64,000 bases of DNA from a virus: IMG/VR virus record IMGVR_UViG_3300023174_000071, positions 1-64,000 of that record. One strand, 5' to 3'. The stretch's first letter is position 1, and every line of letters begins with the position of its first letter. Under the pieces are notes generated by a model that was not told the DNA's origin, searched no databases, and worked only from the letters and a program-made list of their open reading frames with translations. The translations under genes and the position numbers were made by a program. Of the stretch, positions 9,324 through 18,605 are shown piece after piece.

Positions 9324-9553
9324 GATATAGTGGCGCACTAATTGACGGCGGCGCATTTGAAGGCTGCGGTTTTATTTTTGGTCGAGAGGAATCTGAGTTA
9401 ACAAAAATAAATGTAATCTTTGATATCGAAGATTCTGATATTTTTCTAATCGTTGAAAAGAAATTAACATTTGATGGAATGTATTTCAAAATTCTCGGAG
9501 AGAATATATCAACATGGATCTTTGAAGATGAAATTATTCGATTCCAAAAACTA

Positions 9554-9582
9554 AAAAGCCCGGAATAAATCTCCGGGCTTTT
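9554..9582. terminator. bidirectional intrinsic terminator
   Basis: AAAAGCCCGGA-ATAAATC-TCCGGGCTTTT between convergent units. Confidence 0.8.
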
Positions 9583-9604
9583 CTTTTTATACTATCCGAA
9601 AATA

Positions 9605-9919
9605 TCAAAGATGCGGATCGACAAATTTCTTTAGTCCAGCAAGAGGAGCGGCGCCAACGTGCTTCGCTACCATCTTTCCATCTTTGAAAAGAATAATCGT
9701 TGGAATTCCGGTGACGCCATAGCTGTTTGAGATCGAAGGATTTTTATCCGCCTCGATCTTTACGACCTTTAGCTTATCGCCATATTCTTTAGAAAGAGTT
9801 TCCATATGAGGCATCATAGCCTTGCATGGACCGCACCAAGTTGCCCAAAAATCAACAAGAACAGGAAGGGAAGAGGATAGAACCTCTTTTGAAAAATCAG
9901 AATCATTAATTGCGATCAT
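9605..9919 (-). CDS. trxA: thioredoxin
   Basis: VLVDFWATWCGPCK, GIPT cis-Pro motif, 104 aa. Confidence 0.97.
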   Translation of the reverse strand: MIAINDSDFSKEVLSSSLPVLVDFWATWCGPCKAMMPHMETLSKEYGDKLKVVKIEADKNPSISNSYGVTGIPTIILFKDGKMVAKHVGAAPLAGLKKFVDPHL

Positions 9920-9928
9920 GCTAACTCC

Positions 9929-10831
9929 TTATGGGAACTTTTGAAGTCGAGAGAAATATTCAATAGCATCACAATCATACCAAGAAGTTTTATCGGGAGA
10001 TCGGCTAGACGGAGAGAAATAACCATCCACCGCATTTATATAAAAACTCCATTCGCCATTATTAAATGTGTTCCATGACTTATCGGAGAAGAATCGTTTT
10101 ACCGATAGCTGCTCCAATGCCAAGTTATCAAACGATACCACATCAAATATAGAAAACAATTCATGAACCCACCAGAACCATTCTTTATGTTTGGGAGAAG
10201 ATAGATCTACATTTCCTTTATTGAATCCGAAATCTTTTTCTCCAAGGATCAAGATCTTCTTGACTCCCTTTTCGGCCAACCCTTTTACATCAGAAAAAGA
10301 ATCGATGCCGGAAATTACATGCAGAACCGTATTGGGATGCGAAAGTAATTCTTCTGGAATTTTCCAAGAGAGGTTCGGGCGATAAGAAATCCCCAATCCA
10401 TAAATGGATCCTGAATCCAATAATTCTTTAAGCTTCTTGTGATACTTTGGAATATGGCCTTGGTTGACGGTTAGGTTGCAAATGAATCCTTCACCACTCG
10501 CCCATTCTAAAAAAGAAATAAGGCCAGGACTTAATTCGTTTGCGCCGATAGCTAACTCCATACCGGAAGGCAAAGGCTTTAGCTTTTCTTTTAGAATTTG
10601 GTAATCACACTCCTTTCCGTTGGTCACAGCGGACTCATGGCAGAAAGAGCAGATAGATTTTCCTGTTTTCTCATTAAAGCCAAAGCTGCAAGAAGTATTT
10701 ACTCGAATATCTACATTGAATGGAGCGGTAGGCTTGAGCTCACCTTCAAATTCAATAGTTCGAGTGCCATCTTTATAGAGTTTAACCAGCGCATTACCGT
10801 TTTGATATTCTTTTAGGAGCATTATTATCAT
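9929..10831 (-). CDS. radical SAM-like protein
   Basis: NGNALVKLYKDGT start and stretched cluster motif C-x12-C-x2-C (CSFGFNEKTGKSICSFCHE), LAIGANE, NLTVNQ. Confidence 0.75.
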   Translation of the reverse strand: MIIMLLKEYQNGNALVKLYKDGTRTIEFEGELKPTAPFNVDIRVNTSCSFGFNEKTGKSICSFCHESAVTNGKECDYQILKEKLKPLPSGMELAIGANELSPGLISFLEWASGEGFICNLTVNQGHIPKYHKKLKELLDSGSIYGLGISYRPNLSWKIPEELLSHPNTVLHVISGIDSFSDVKGLAEKGVKKILILGEKDFGFNKGNVDLSSPKHKEWFWWVHELFSIFDVVSFDNLALEQLSVKRFFSDKSWNTFNNGEWSFYINAVDGYFSPSSRSPDKTSWYDCDAIEYFSRLQKFP

Positions 10832-11038
10832 CCAAACTTGTTTAAAAATACCAAAGAATAATAAAGGATGTATCTTGCTTATTTTTGTGTAATAAAAGTT
10901 GTCAATCTTGTTGTAGGAATCTTGTAGTTTGTCTGCGCAAAATATGCTGTAAAAGATGTTAAAATAAATGTAGCTTCAAGCTGATCAATTATGCGCCTAA
11001 TTATTAATAAAAAATTACACAAAACAGGTTATTTTCGC

Positions 11039-11986
11039 TTATTCTGAGATTAACTCGGTAAGCTTTTCGCCGCAATACTCTTTTCTTAAGTAAAACCTCT
11101 TGTAAGGCTTGTCTTGCTTTGAATTTAAATGCAGGTAGATATTCCTCTTCTTCATTCCGTGACGATTGACAAGCTGTTTCATGGTGCAGGTATCATGGAA
11201 TTCAAAGTCTCCCGCTCTATAAAGGTAGAATTTTTTAACATCAACCTTTGTAAATTGGGATATATCAAACTCTTCATCGGAAAGGCATAAGAAGTACTTG
11301 CGACCAACAGGAGTTTTAGTTTTTAATCGCACAGAAATCGTTGGGATGCCGATATCTAAGATTTTAGTTAAAGCAATAACGGATTTGTTTTCGTAAACAA
11401 GCTTTCCATTTAGATGATAGACATTAACTCTTTTATATTTAAATGTGTCGGTATAGGGTTCGATGGATTCCTTGTATTCATAGCGCCACATAAAACCGCA
11501 AGCCGTTCTTCCGGGCTTCAATGCTGCTGCTGATATTCTGGAACCATCTATATCTAAAGCCCTTGCGGCGTCAGCAACACTATTCCATTCGTTTACAAGT
11601 TCGCCGTCAAAGTTATATTGATAAACTTTTTTGCTTAAAGTTTCTTTTGCTAATCGGGAAATAGCTTCCAACTGCTCGGGCGTTCTTGGTGGAAACTTTC
11701 CAACAATAAGAGAGGCGTTAAGGTTTGGTTTTAATTTATCGATCCAATATTGTTCTTTCTTTCTTAGGGTTCTTTTTTGGCAGAACTCAATTACTTCAAA
11801 CTGAAATGCCTCGACGCCAAATTCATCACAAAGCTTTTGGACATTAGCGTTGCGGTGACGGTTGCCTCGCATTGTATATTTATGTTCTCGCCAGCGATTC
11901 TCGATGTTGCAACTGCCGCCAACATAAATATTATCGCCCATGAACATTTTGTAGACGCCGACTAATTTTTTCTTTTTCTCTTTCAT
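11039..11986 (-). CDS. GIY-YIG homing endonuclease with NUMOD1-type repeats
   Basis: GVY..IYVGGS..RWREH catalytic domain; KKVYQYNFDGELVNEWNSVADAARAL NUMOD1 repeat. Confidence 0.88.
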   Translation of the reverse strand: MKEKKKKLVGVYKMFMGDNIYVGGSCNIENRWREHKYTMRGNRHRNANVQKLCDEFGVEAFQFEVIEFCQKRTLRKKEQYWIDKLKPNLNASLIVGKFPPRTPEQLEAISRLAKETLSKKVYQYNFDGELVNEWNSVADAARALDIDGSRISAAALKPGRTACGFMWRYEYKESIEPYTDTFKYKRVNVYHLNGKLVYENKSVIALTKILDIGIPTISVRLKTKTPVGRKYFLCLSDEEFDISQFTKVDVKKFYLYRAGDFEFHDTCTMKQLVNRHGMKKRNIYLHLNSKQDKPYKRFYLRKEYCGEKLTELISE

Positions 11987-12068
11987 TTTAGATTTCCTTA
12001 GAAAAAATTAAACCGGCAAAAACAAAAACGCCACGCAAAAAATGCATGGCGCAGCGGAAGAATCTATT

Positions 12069-12869
12069 TTAGTCTGCTTTTTCAATCCAGAATTTTAATG
12101 CTTCTTGATTTTCTGGAATCTTAGCCAATTCGGCATAAACAACCCGCACTTCTTCGTGAGGAAAGGAGCTAAAGTTATCTTTTGGCGGATTCCTTTTCTC
12201 AACTATCTTTCGGGCATCATCATAAAGGCTAGCCTTTCTATAGATAGCTTTTCCAAATTCAATATCTAAATCATAAAATTGAAAACTACCCTTAACAGTT
12301 TTAATTGAACCAGCGATGCGTAAGATCGCATCTTTCACCCTGTAATCTTCGCCGGGTAGAGATTTAAATAAATATTTCTCATCATATCCTTCAACCCTAA
12401 GGGCGTAGTTATATTTTATATCAATAAATTTTCCATCTCGCCATTCTGGAACATCATAGAAATAATCCGAAGGGTCAGAATTATCATTTCCACCGAATAG
12501 CCACGAGTTCTTATTGAAGATAAAATTCTTTAACCATTCTTCGTTATCCTCCACGAGTCCTGTTGATTGATGATCAACATAGCCGGCCTCTGTTTCAATA
12601 ACTACTTTGTCAGCGCCGGTTTGCTTTCTGATGACATTAATTAGATTCTGATTATCACCAAGTTGTTGGGCGGCATAATTTGCTTTTTCAATAGATGAAT
12701 TTGTTTTAAACCAAGACCATCCATATTCTCCGCCGGTAAGAGAAACAACTCCATTACTATCGGGAGAGATGGAATCAAAAACAAATTGTTTATCTTCTTC
12801 TGCGATAGCAATAGAGTGGCAGCTGGATGAGTTGGTTTCAAATACACCGGTTCGAATAATTTTGTTCAT
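12069..12869 (-). CDS. phage protein with N-terminal FETNSSS motif
   Basis: MNKIIRTGVFETNSSSCHSI, GYVDHQS, FIFNKNSWLFGGNDN; a family I recall lying next to radical SAM genes in phages. Confidence 0.75.
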   Translation of the reverse strand: MNKIIRTGVFETNSSSCHSIAIAEEDKQFVFDSISPDSNGVVSLTGGEYGWSWFKTNSSIEKANYAAQQLGDNQNLINVIRKQTGADKVVIETEAGYVDHQSTGLVEDNEEWLKNFIFNKNSWLFGGNDNSDPSDYFYDVPEWRDGKFIDIKYNYALRVEGYDEKYLFKSLPGEDYRVKDAILRIAGSIKTVKGSFQFYDLDIEFGKAIYRKASLYDDARKIVEKRNPPKDNFSSFPHEEVRVVYAELAKIPENQEALKFWIEKAD

Positions 12870-13075
12870 GGGTGAACTCCTAAACTCATTAGTTTTAAGA
12901 TTCTCTTTGCTTCTTCCGATAAGATTACTTTATCTTTCTTTTCTTCTGATTCTTTCTTTCGATTTGAATAGCGTCGTTCGTTTGGGGTTTCGCTTTCGGA
13001 ATGAGCGGATGTTGCTGGATTAACATCTCGGAGAAAACTTTCGACTGCATAAACTTTTTGATTTGAGATATGCAT
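12866..13075 (-). CDS. hypothetical protein
   Basis: 69 aa, coupled to neighbours; DKVILSEEAK motif. Confidence 0.55.
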   Translation of the reverse strand: MHISNQKVYAVESFLRDVNPATSAHSESETPNERRYSNRKKESEEKKDKVILSEEAKRILKLMSLGVHP

Positions 13076-13332
13076 TATTTTGAAACCGCCGAAAAATCTT
13101 TAATGCAGGAAATAGAATTGCTTGATTTGTAAACGTAGACGAAACAAACAACGCCAGTTTTAGGGTGTGTCTCAACAACCCGTGAAGCAATGATAGCTGT
13201 TTCTTGCGCTTGTTTGGAGACGTTCTTTGGCGCTTTATGATTAACGATTCCAATAAGAATAATAATAAGTACAAAAAACAAAACCAAAGTCCAAGTAGGT
13301 GTGGCCTTTAGTTTTTGAAAAACGCTATTCAT
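13075..13332 (-). CDS. small membrane-anchored protein
   Basis: One TM helix, then THPKTGVVCF...ISCI Cys pair. Confidence 0.7.
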   Translation of the reverse strand: MNSVFQKLKATPTWTLVLFFVLIIILIGIVNHKAPKNVSKQAQETAIIASRVVETHPKTGVVCFVYVYKSSNSISCIKDFSAVSK

Positions 13333-13519
13333 TGTTGCTCCATCTCTGCAATTCTTTTAACTGACCGGCTTCATCAACAATTCCGCAACGCTTTAGAAAT
13401 TCAAAACATTCTTCGTCAGAAAGAGATTTGAAGAAAGAAAGCGTTGCAGAGTAAGCAGGAGATGAGTCTTTTTTCGACTCAATCTCCTGCTGGATTTTTT
13501 CTTTTATCTCAGGTAGCAT
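13325..13519 (-). CDS. hypothetical protein
   Basis: Likely start MLPEIKEK at 13519; FLKRCGIVDEAGQL. Confidence 0.55.
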   Translation of the reverse strand: MLPEIKEKIQQEIESKKDSSPAYSATLSFFKSLSDEECFEFLKRCGIVDEAGQLKELQRWSNNE

Positions 13520-14351
13520 TTTCAGAAGGAGGCGCAACTTCTGCTGGCTTGGCAACTTCTGGAGTTGCGGTTGGCTGAGCGACCTCTGCGGGTTTATCTT
13601 CAACCTTTTTTTCCTCAACCTTTTCTGGCGCAACTTCAACCTTAGCCTTTTCTTGCTCAGGTTTTTCTGGAGCAGGAGTCGGAGTTGGTTCTGGAGCCGG
13701 AGTGGGCGCTGGTGCCGGTTGAGCCTTAACTTCTGGTTTAGGTTTTTCTGAAGATTCTGATTTTACGGAAGGCTTGGGTTCCGGTTTTGGTTCAGATTTA
13801 ACTTCGGCTTTTGGTGAAGGCTTTGGTTCTGGTTTTGGTTCCGGCTTAGCTTCAACCTTAACTTCCGGTTTAGTTTCAGCTTTCGGCTTTGGGGCTTCAA
13901 CAGGCTTTGGCTTTTCTTCTTTGCGTAGCCAAGGTGCAATTGGATTACCCTTCTTCCAATCATGTTCATAGCGTTGACGCATTTTAGAAATTCCATCTAG
14001 ATTAACGCCATGCTCATTTCGTGCAGCAAGTTCGGAATCGGTTAGACCGCCATCATAAAGATCTACAACGGTAAGTGTAGCTTTAAACTTTTTGGCCATA
14101 ACAATATATGGCTCCATTTCCCATCGTTCGCAAAATGTATTCGCAACGACAACATCGTTTCCAGCGGTTAGGAAAAATTCCGCACGACTCTGGCACCATT
14201 GATGCGCTTGAGGTAGGGCGGTCGCATTAAATTTATATTGACCATCCACCATGAAGAAGTCATCCGCAGAAACAACTTCACAAGAAAGCTTGTGGGCAAG
14301 GGTTGACTTCCCGGCGCCACTGATACCACGAACCAAAAACAAATCAGCCAT
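13509..14351 (-). CDS. P-loop polynucleotide-kinase-like (AAA_33) protein with Pro/Glu/Lys-rich tail
   Basis: [12 protein letters not shown] Walker A, SADDFF, VVANTF, RNEHGV; ~135 aa PEPK/PAP low-complexity C-terminus. Confidence 0.85.
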   Translation of the reverse strand: MADLFLVRGISGAGKSTLAHKLSCEVVSADDFFMVDGQYKFNATALPQAHQWCQSRAEFFLTAGNDVVVANTFCERWEMEPYIVMAKKFKATLTVVDLYDGGLTDSELAARNEHGVNLDGISKMRQRYEHDWKKGNPIAPWLRKEEKPKPVEAPKPKAETKPEVKVEAKPEPKPEPKPSPKAEVKSEPKPEPKPSVKSESSEKPKPEVKAQPAPAPTPAPEPTPTPAPEKPEQEKAKVEVAPEKVEEKKVEDKPAEVAQPTATPEVAKPAEVAPPSENAT

Positions 14352-14404
14352 ATTCAATCTCCTTTTGAGCTTCAGCTTTATCTTACGTCATTAAGAGGAG
14401 TTAG

Positions 14405-14653
14405 TCAAGAGATGTTTATAGTTTTTTCTTTGCGCCAGTCCTCGGAGATCTTCATAAGCTCAGAAAGGGAGGAGTCAGAAAGATACTTGGAAAACATCGT
14501 TATAATTTCTGCACGAGACATACCATGACAAGAAGATTGTATCATTTCCCAAAGTTCACAACTCGATTCGCATCTTCTTTCTTTCGCAAAAGAAAGCCAT
14601 GAATTTATGATGTTTGCCAACGCCTCATTTTCTTTTTCAACAACTTTTCGCAT
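14405..14653 (-). CDS. hypothetical protein
   Basis: 82 aa ORF with GGGAG RBS. Confidence 0.55.
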   Translation of the reverse strand: MRKVVEKENEALANIINSWLSFAKERRCESSCELWEMIQSSCHGMSRAEIITMFSKYLSDSSLSELMKISEDWRKEKTINIS

Positions 14654-14762
14654 AGGCTTCTCCCAATATCTTTCAAGAAAATTTTATTCAATTAATAGAA
14701 TTTTTCTCATGAAAATAAAAAATATTAATTCTATTGACAATTAAGAATATTGCAGATAAACA

Positions 14763-14957
14763 TTGCGATATTCAATTTGTCAGAAGGGAGAGTTTGTGAC
14801 GAAAAAGAAAAAGGAAATAAAGAAAAGAAACATCGTGGTTGTCAATATGATCAAGAGAAGCGCCTCAGCGGGTTCTCATTTAAATCGACTCTACGATATC
14901 TCAAAAGGAAAATCTAGAAAGCAGAAACACAAAAAGCCACCTGAAGAAGGTGGCTAA
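14763..14957 (+). CDS. small basic protein
   Basis: KKRNIV..SAGSH..KSRKQKHKK; TTGACA promoter upstream; start probably the GTG after GGAGAG. Confidence 0.6.
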   Translation: MRYSICQKGEFVTKKKKEIKKRNIVVVNMIKRSASAGSHLNRLYDISKGKSRKQKHKKPPEEGG

Positions 14958-14971
14958 TTTGTTTTTGAATA

Positions 14972-15214
14972 TTAGATTCGCTTAACAGATGATTTTGAAA
15001 CTTCTTTTTGCTCGCCGGTTTTTGAATCTTGAATTAAAAGAATTTCATCAGCAGGATTTCGATCTGCATTTTTCTTTAATTCTTCTCGGTGCTGAAGAAT
15101 GTTCCATTCATTTGATGAATCTTCAACGCTTACCTTTTCATTCTCAGGTACACGGTCAATGTTATTTTGATCCATTCCCTGCTTTGTTACACCATACTTT
15201 TTCAACATTGTCAA
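14972..15214 (-). CDS. hypothetical protein
   Basis: 80 aa ORF coupled to the upstream gene. Confidence 0.6.
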   Translation of the reverse strand: MTMLKKYGVTKQGMDQNNIDRVPENEKVSVEDSSNEWNILQHREELKKNADRNPADEILLIQDSKTGEQKEVSKSSVKRI

Positions 15215-15217
15215 CTC

Positions 15218-15601
15218 CTATTCTTTATTCTTATTCATTAGCATTTTGTTTTCTTTACGCAAAGCTTCAATATGTGCGATAATCCTTTCGGTTGCTTCTT
15301 CAAGAGACTCTGGTTTGCCGCAAGAGCCAATCGTTTCAATGATTTTTTGCGTAGCTACCCTACAACGCATCTTATGATCCATCTCGACTCCAAAGAAAGA
15401 AGATAGATTGCATTTTTCTTTCTGCTCAAACCAACCTTCATCCGTTATGAGCCAAAGAGAAAACGGCGCATCAGCAGGATGTAACTTAGGAAGAATTCGC
15501 TGGGCGTAACGACACATCTCATCGAAAACAGTATTTTGAGGAAATGTTGTCGTTACCGTTCCATCCCTATCAACAATAACATAAAAAGGATCGGGCTTCA
15601 T
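15218..15601 (-). CDS. hypothetical protein
   Basis: 127 aa ORF with GAGG RBS. Confidence 0.65.
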   Translation of the reverse strand: MKPDPFYVIVDRDGTVTTTFPQNTVFDEMCRYAQRILPKLHPADAPFSLWLITDEGWFEQKEKCNLSSFFGVEMDHKMRCRVATQKIIETIGSCGKPESLEEATERIIAHIEALRKENKMLMNKNKE

Positions 15602-15671
15602 GTTAACCTCGAAAACAAGAAAAACGAGAAAGCCACTTGGACTCTCTCGTTCTTTTTCGATTTTTAAGAAA

Positions 15672-15818
15672 TCACTCTGAGGCGCAAGTATCAGAATCGG
15701 AAGAATCTGAATCTGCGGAATCAGAATCGACTACTGAATCTTCACAGGTGCTAGTATCTAGAGCCTTTGAACTATCAGTAGATGAACATGCCATAAGTAG
15801 ATGTAGAATAAAAAACAT
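15672..15818 (-). CDS. 48 aa Asp/Ser-rich mini-lipoprotein (not in the ORF track)
   Basis: GGAGA RBS; MFFILHLLMAC-SSTDSSKALDTSTCEDSVVDSDSADSDSSDSDTCASE*; lipobox LMAC. Confidence 0.65.
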   Translation of the reverse strand: MFFILHLLMACSSTDSSKALDTSTCEDSVVDSDSADSDSSDSDTCASE

Positions 15819-15915
15819 TGCTATTCTCCGATTTGATTAGAGTTGAGTCAGTGACTTTTTGCCACGACACTATCATTCTAACTTACATTCCGAATAACGC
15901 AATCCCAAATCTAAC

Positions 15916-16023
15916 TTAGCGTAGGATATTTTTCTTAGTTAAAAGATAACCTGTACCAACTCCACAGGCGAAAGCTAAAACAAAACTAAAGAGAGAACAA
16001 ATCAATCCAAACAAAACACTCAT
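15916..16023 (-). CDS. 35 aa single-pass membrane peptide (not in the ORF track)
   Basis: GGAGA RBS; MSVLFGLICSLFSFVLAFACGVGTGYLLTKKNILR*. Confidence 0.5.
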   Translation of the reverse strand: MSVLFGLICSLFSFVLAFACGVGTGYLLTKKNILR

Positions 16024-16038
16024 ATTTTTCTCCTTATT

Positions 16039-16437
16039 TTACAGCAACTCTTTTCGAAATGGCTTCAAACAAAACTTATCATCCAACAGCGGAAGAGGAA
16101 TCGCTCCAAGTTTCGTGCAAACCTTTTCTGATTCTTTTGTTTCAGCATGAGCGTAGATGGCTTTTAATTCATGCTTCTTGGCTAGTTGAAAGATTTTAGA
16201 AATAACTTTGCCGCCATAGTTTCTACCCTTCAAAGCTTCCGGAATGGCTAAATATTGCAGCCAGCCAATCTTACCTCTTCTTGATTCTAAGAATGGATGA
16301 AAACCTATTGGCTCGATATGTTCATTGAGAACTTTTAGAGATGAAAAAATCTTCACTTCACAAACAACGTGAGAGAAAACTTTTGCAACAAATCGCTGTT
16401 CGGCCTCATCAAATCTAACGCTAATTTCAGGATCCAT
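16039..16437 (-). CDS. GNAT-family acetyltransferase
   Basis: LQYLAIPEALKGRNYGGKVI acetyl-CoA motif A, ..AIYAHA..KLGA. Confidence 0.7.
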   Translation of the reverse strand: MDPEISVRFDEAEQRFVAKVFSHVVCEVKIFSSLKVLNEHIEPIGFHPFLESRRGKIGWLQYLAIPEALKGRNYGGKVISKIFQLAKKHELKAIYAHAETKESEKVCTKLGAIPLPLLDDKFCLKPFRKELL

Positions 16438-16470
16438 ATTGCTTCTCTGAACTTATTTGATTTTACTGCG

Positions 16471-17088
16471 TTAGATTTTGTGACGGAAGAATTTAATAAT
16501 CTCATCCTTTGTCATTGATATGTATCCAAGATTTTTTAATTCTTGAATATAATCAACCGTTTCTTTTTGGATTCTTGGACGTTCTTTTTCCGCCAAATGA
16601 TCTCGCTTCATTCTTTTTTCAACAATCGCCCCAACATCATCCACCATTAGGATTTTATAATCCGCTTCAATATCATATCTCGTTCCGCTTTCAATGTGAA
16701 TGCCGAGCAAGATAGTGTGCTGTGGATCTTCAGATCTAATAAATTTTGATAAAAGGTTTGAGCGAATCTGGTGAACTTGACGAAGAAGTTCATCGGTAAA
16801 AAGATGGGAGCTTTTCCAACCGTGAGGCAAATCTAACATGCCGCAAGCTACGGAATCAAAGTTATCTAAATCAACTGTGGAGAAGCCGAAGTATTCCAAC
16901 TTACCCATCAATGCCGTCTTACCTACGCCTGATGGGCCGTCGATATGCGCCAATACTTTTCTAATTTCTTGGTTGCCTTCAAAAACTTCATCATCCGAAG
17001 AATCATTTAAAAGATTTTTTACAGCGATTGCTTCTTTTTTTAAACCAAGAGAATTAAGAACAGAGATAACAGCTTTAAGTTTTTTCAT
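16471..17088 (-). CDS. P-loop kinase-like protein with N-terminal helical tag
   Basis: HIDGPSGVGKT Walker A, VDLDNF; leader MKKLKAVISVLNSLGLKKEA. Confidence 0.75.
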   Translation of the reverse strand: MKKLKAVISVLNSLGLKKEAIAVKNLLNDSSDDEVFEGNQEIRKVLAHIDGPSGVGKTALMGKLEYFGFSTVDLDNFDSVACGMLDLPHGWKSSHLFTDELLRQVHQIRSNLLSKFIRSEDPQHTILLGIHIESGTRYDIEADYKILMVDDVGAIVEKRMKRDHLAEKERPRIQKETVDYIQELKNLGYISMTKDEIIKFFRHKI

Positions 17089-17131
17089 GGCAATATCCTA
17101 TCTCTGTTCTTAATATTAAGAGATTTCTAAC

Positions 17132-17566
17132 TCATTCACTCTGTTCTGGTAGAGTTTCCGGTACTTCTTGGTCGGCAGAAGTTGGCTCTGCAGGCTCATC
17201 CGCAATCTCTCCGTTGAACTCTACAACAAGAAAAGAATTATTCTTGCCGTGAATAAAATCAATTTGAGTGGCCGATTGACAGAATGCAAGCATGCTCTTC
17301 TTGTTAAGATAAGATTGAACTTCCGATGAAAGCTTCCATTCTTTTAGCTTTTCTTCTGATTCAAACTTTAGATCGCCGCAAATGAAAATGAAACCAAGGC
17401 TTTCTCCCGGTTCAAAAACACAAGTTGCGAGTTGCATCTTTGGGAATTTGTTGCGAGCCCAGCGTTCAAATGTTTTTCGAACACGCTTTGAATATGACTC
17501 TAATTCTTTTGTTAAAATAGTTTGCATTTCTTTTTCTAACATTGACCACTCCTTTTCAATAAACAT
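17132..17566 (-). CDS. hypothetical protein
   Basis: 144 aa ORF in a minus-strand operon. Confidence 0.65.
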   Translation of the reverse strand: MFIEKEWSMLEKEMQTILTKELESYSKRVRKTFERWARNKFPKMQLATCVFEPGESLGFIFICGDLKFESEEKLKEWKLSSEVQSYLNKKSMLAFCQSATQIDFIHGKNNSFLVVEFNGEIADEPAEPTSADQEVPETLPEQSE

Positions 17567-17876
17567 CCATTTTTGTTTCTATAGAATGTTTTGTCACAGC
17601 AATATAACCGTTATAAAATTCTGAAATAACTTTGAGGGCGAGATATTCTCCGGCTTCATCAAATGCTCCGCCGCAGAGATCGCAATAATTAATTTCAAAT
17701 TGTTCTAAAACAAAAGCTCTTTGTTCGGCTCTCAAATTTAGGTTGGTGATATTTAACCTATCTTCTCTTGAAAAAGGACAATCTTCGCAAAAATCTCGAT
17801 TAAGAGACCGCAAGCTATCAGAGCAAACCGAGAAGATGTTTTTCTTAAAAATAAGAATTTTGTTTTTTAAATTCAT
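17556..17876 (-). CDS. Cys-rich (zinc-binding?) hypothetical protein
   Basis: CEDC and CDLC pairs. Confidence 0.6.
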   Translation of the reverse strand: MNLKNKILIFKKNIFSVCSDSLRSLNRDFCEDCPFSREDRLNITNLNLRAEQRAFVLEQFEINYCDLCGGAFDEAGEYLALKVISEFYNGYIAVTKHSIETKMDVY

Positions 17877-18304
17877 TGAATTTTCACCACCATAACGTCA
17901 AAACGTATCTGGCGAATGATTGGAACTCTAGATAGGGCCAGAATTTCATCTGCGATTTGACGAAGAACAATAAACCCAGAATTAGTTTCGCTAATCACTC
18001 TTGCGAAATATATGGATTGGTTGGGGTTTGTCTGCCCCGCTAAAGGCAGACGAATAACACAATCTTCATGAGGAAAGATAACTTGAGATACAAAATATTT
18101 AATCTGATTGGATTCAGGCTTAACAGCATATTTGTGAGAACATAAAGATGAGATATCTAATTCTTTTTCATTCTGGCAAAGCTTTGCATTAAAATAATCT
18201 GGATCAAAAAAGTAAATAGGCGAAAGGGGGCTTGGACCTCCTTCGAAAATGCAAGAATGAGAAAAAGAAATGATATCGCCAGCTTTAATTTTATCAAACG
18301 TCAT
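17873..18304 (-). CDS. SH3/KOW-like hypothetical protein
   Basis: IKAGDIISF start; overlapping start/stop with neighbours. Confidence 0.6.
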   Translation of the reverse strand: MTFDKIKAGDIISFSHSCIFEGGPSPLSPIYFFDPDYFNAKLCQNEKELDISSLCSHKYAVKPESNQIKYFVSQVIFPHEDCVIRLPLAGQTNPNQSIYFARVISETNSGFIVLRQIADEILALSRVPIIRQIRFDVMVVKIQ

Positions 18305-18605
18305 TGGTTGTTACATGAAATCTTTCATCTATTTCGCTTGCCGAGAACCAACCATTAATCTTTTCGGAAACTAATTGGTAGTACAATTCTGCGTGGCCTC
18401 GGAAAACCTCTGTTCGGATAGCGGTTACCATGCAAGCTTCCTCGCCGGAAACATTGGAAACAATATTTTCTTCAAAACGGGACTCAGCATCCGAATATCT
18501 TAGATATCCAAACATTGGCCCCGATTCTGCAACGTCAACAAATGCGACCAAAATATCTCCAATTGAATATGGAGAAAATATTTTGACCTCAATAAACTCA
18601 CTCAT
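18294..18605 (-). CDS. SH3/KOW-like hypothetical protein
   Basis: YSIGDILV...YYQLVSEKINGWFSASEI. Confidence 0.6.
   Translation of the reverse strand: MSEFIEVKIFSPYSIGDILVAFVDVAESGPMFGYLRYSDAESRFEENIVSNVSGEEACMVTAIRTEVFRGHAELYYQLVSEKINGWFSASEIDERFHVTTNDV

Larger units (their letters stand above)
7335..9568 (+). pseudogene. small SH3-like gene interrupted by the IS607 element (5' part 7335-7380, 3' part 9324-9568)
   Basis: Joining 7335-7380 to 9324-9568 gives one in-frame 96 aa ORF MSQIDSGDLMVSKFL-RYSGALIDGG...YFKILGENISTWIFEDEIIRFQKLKSPE*, matching the style of neighbouring small genes. Confidence 0.8.

Noticed and set aside
10832-12068. Group I intron around the GIY-YIG gene
   Set aside because: Both flanking genes are complete and I see no P7 core motifs; only an 11 bp inverted repeat (TTTTGTGTAAT/ATTACACAAAA) and a small hairpin
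13600-13920. Repetitive DNA resembling an array
   Set aside because: Imperfect codon-level repeats encoding the PEPK tail; no constant repeat-spacer period. I saw no CRISPR array anywhere in the window
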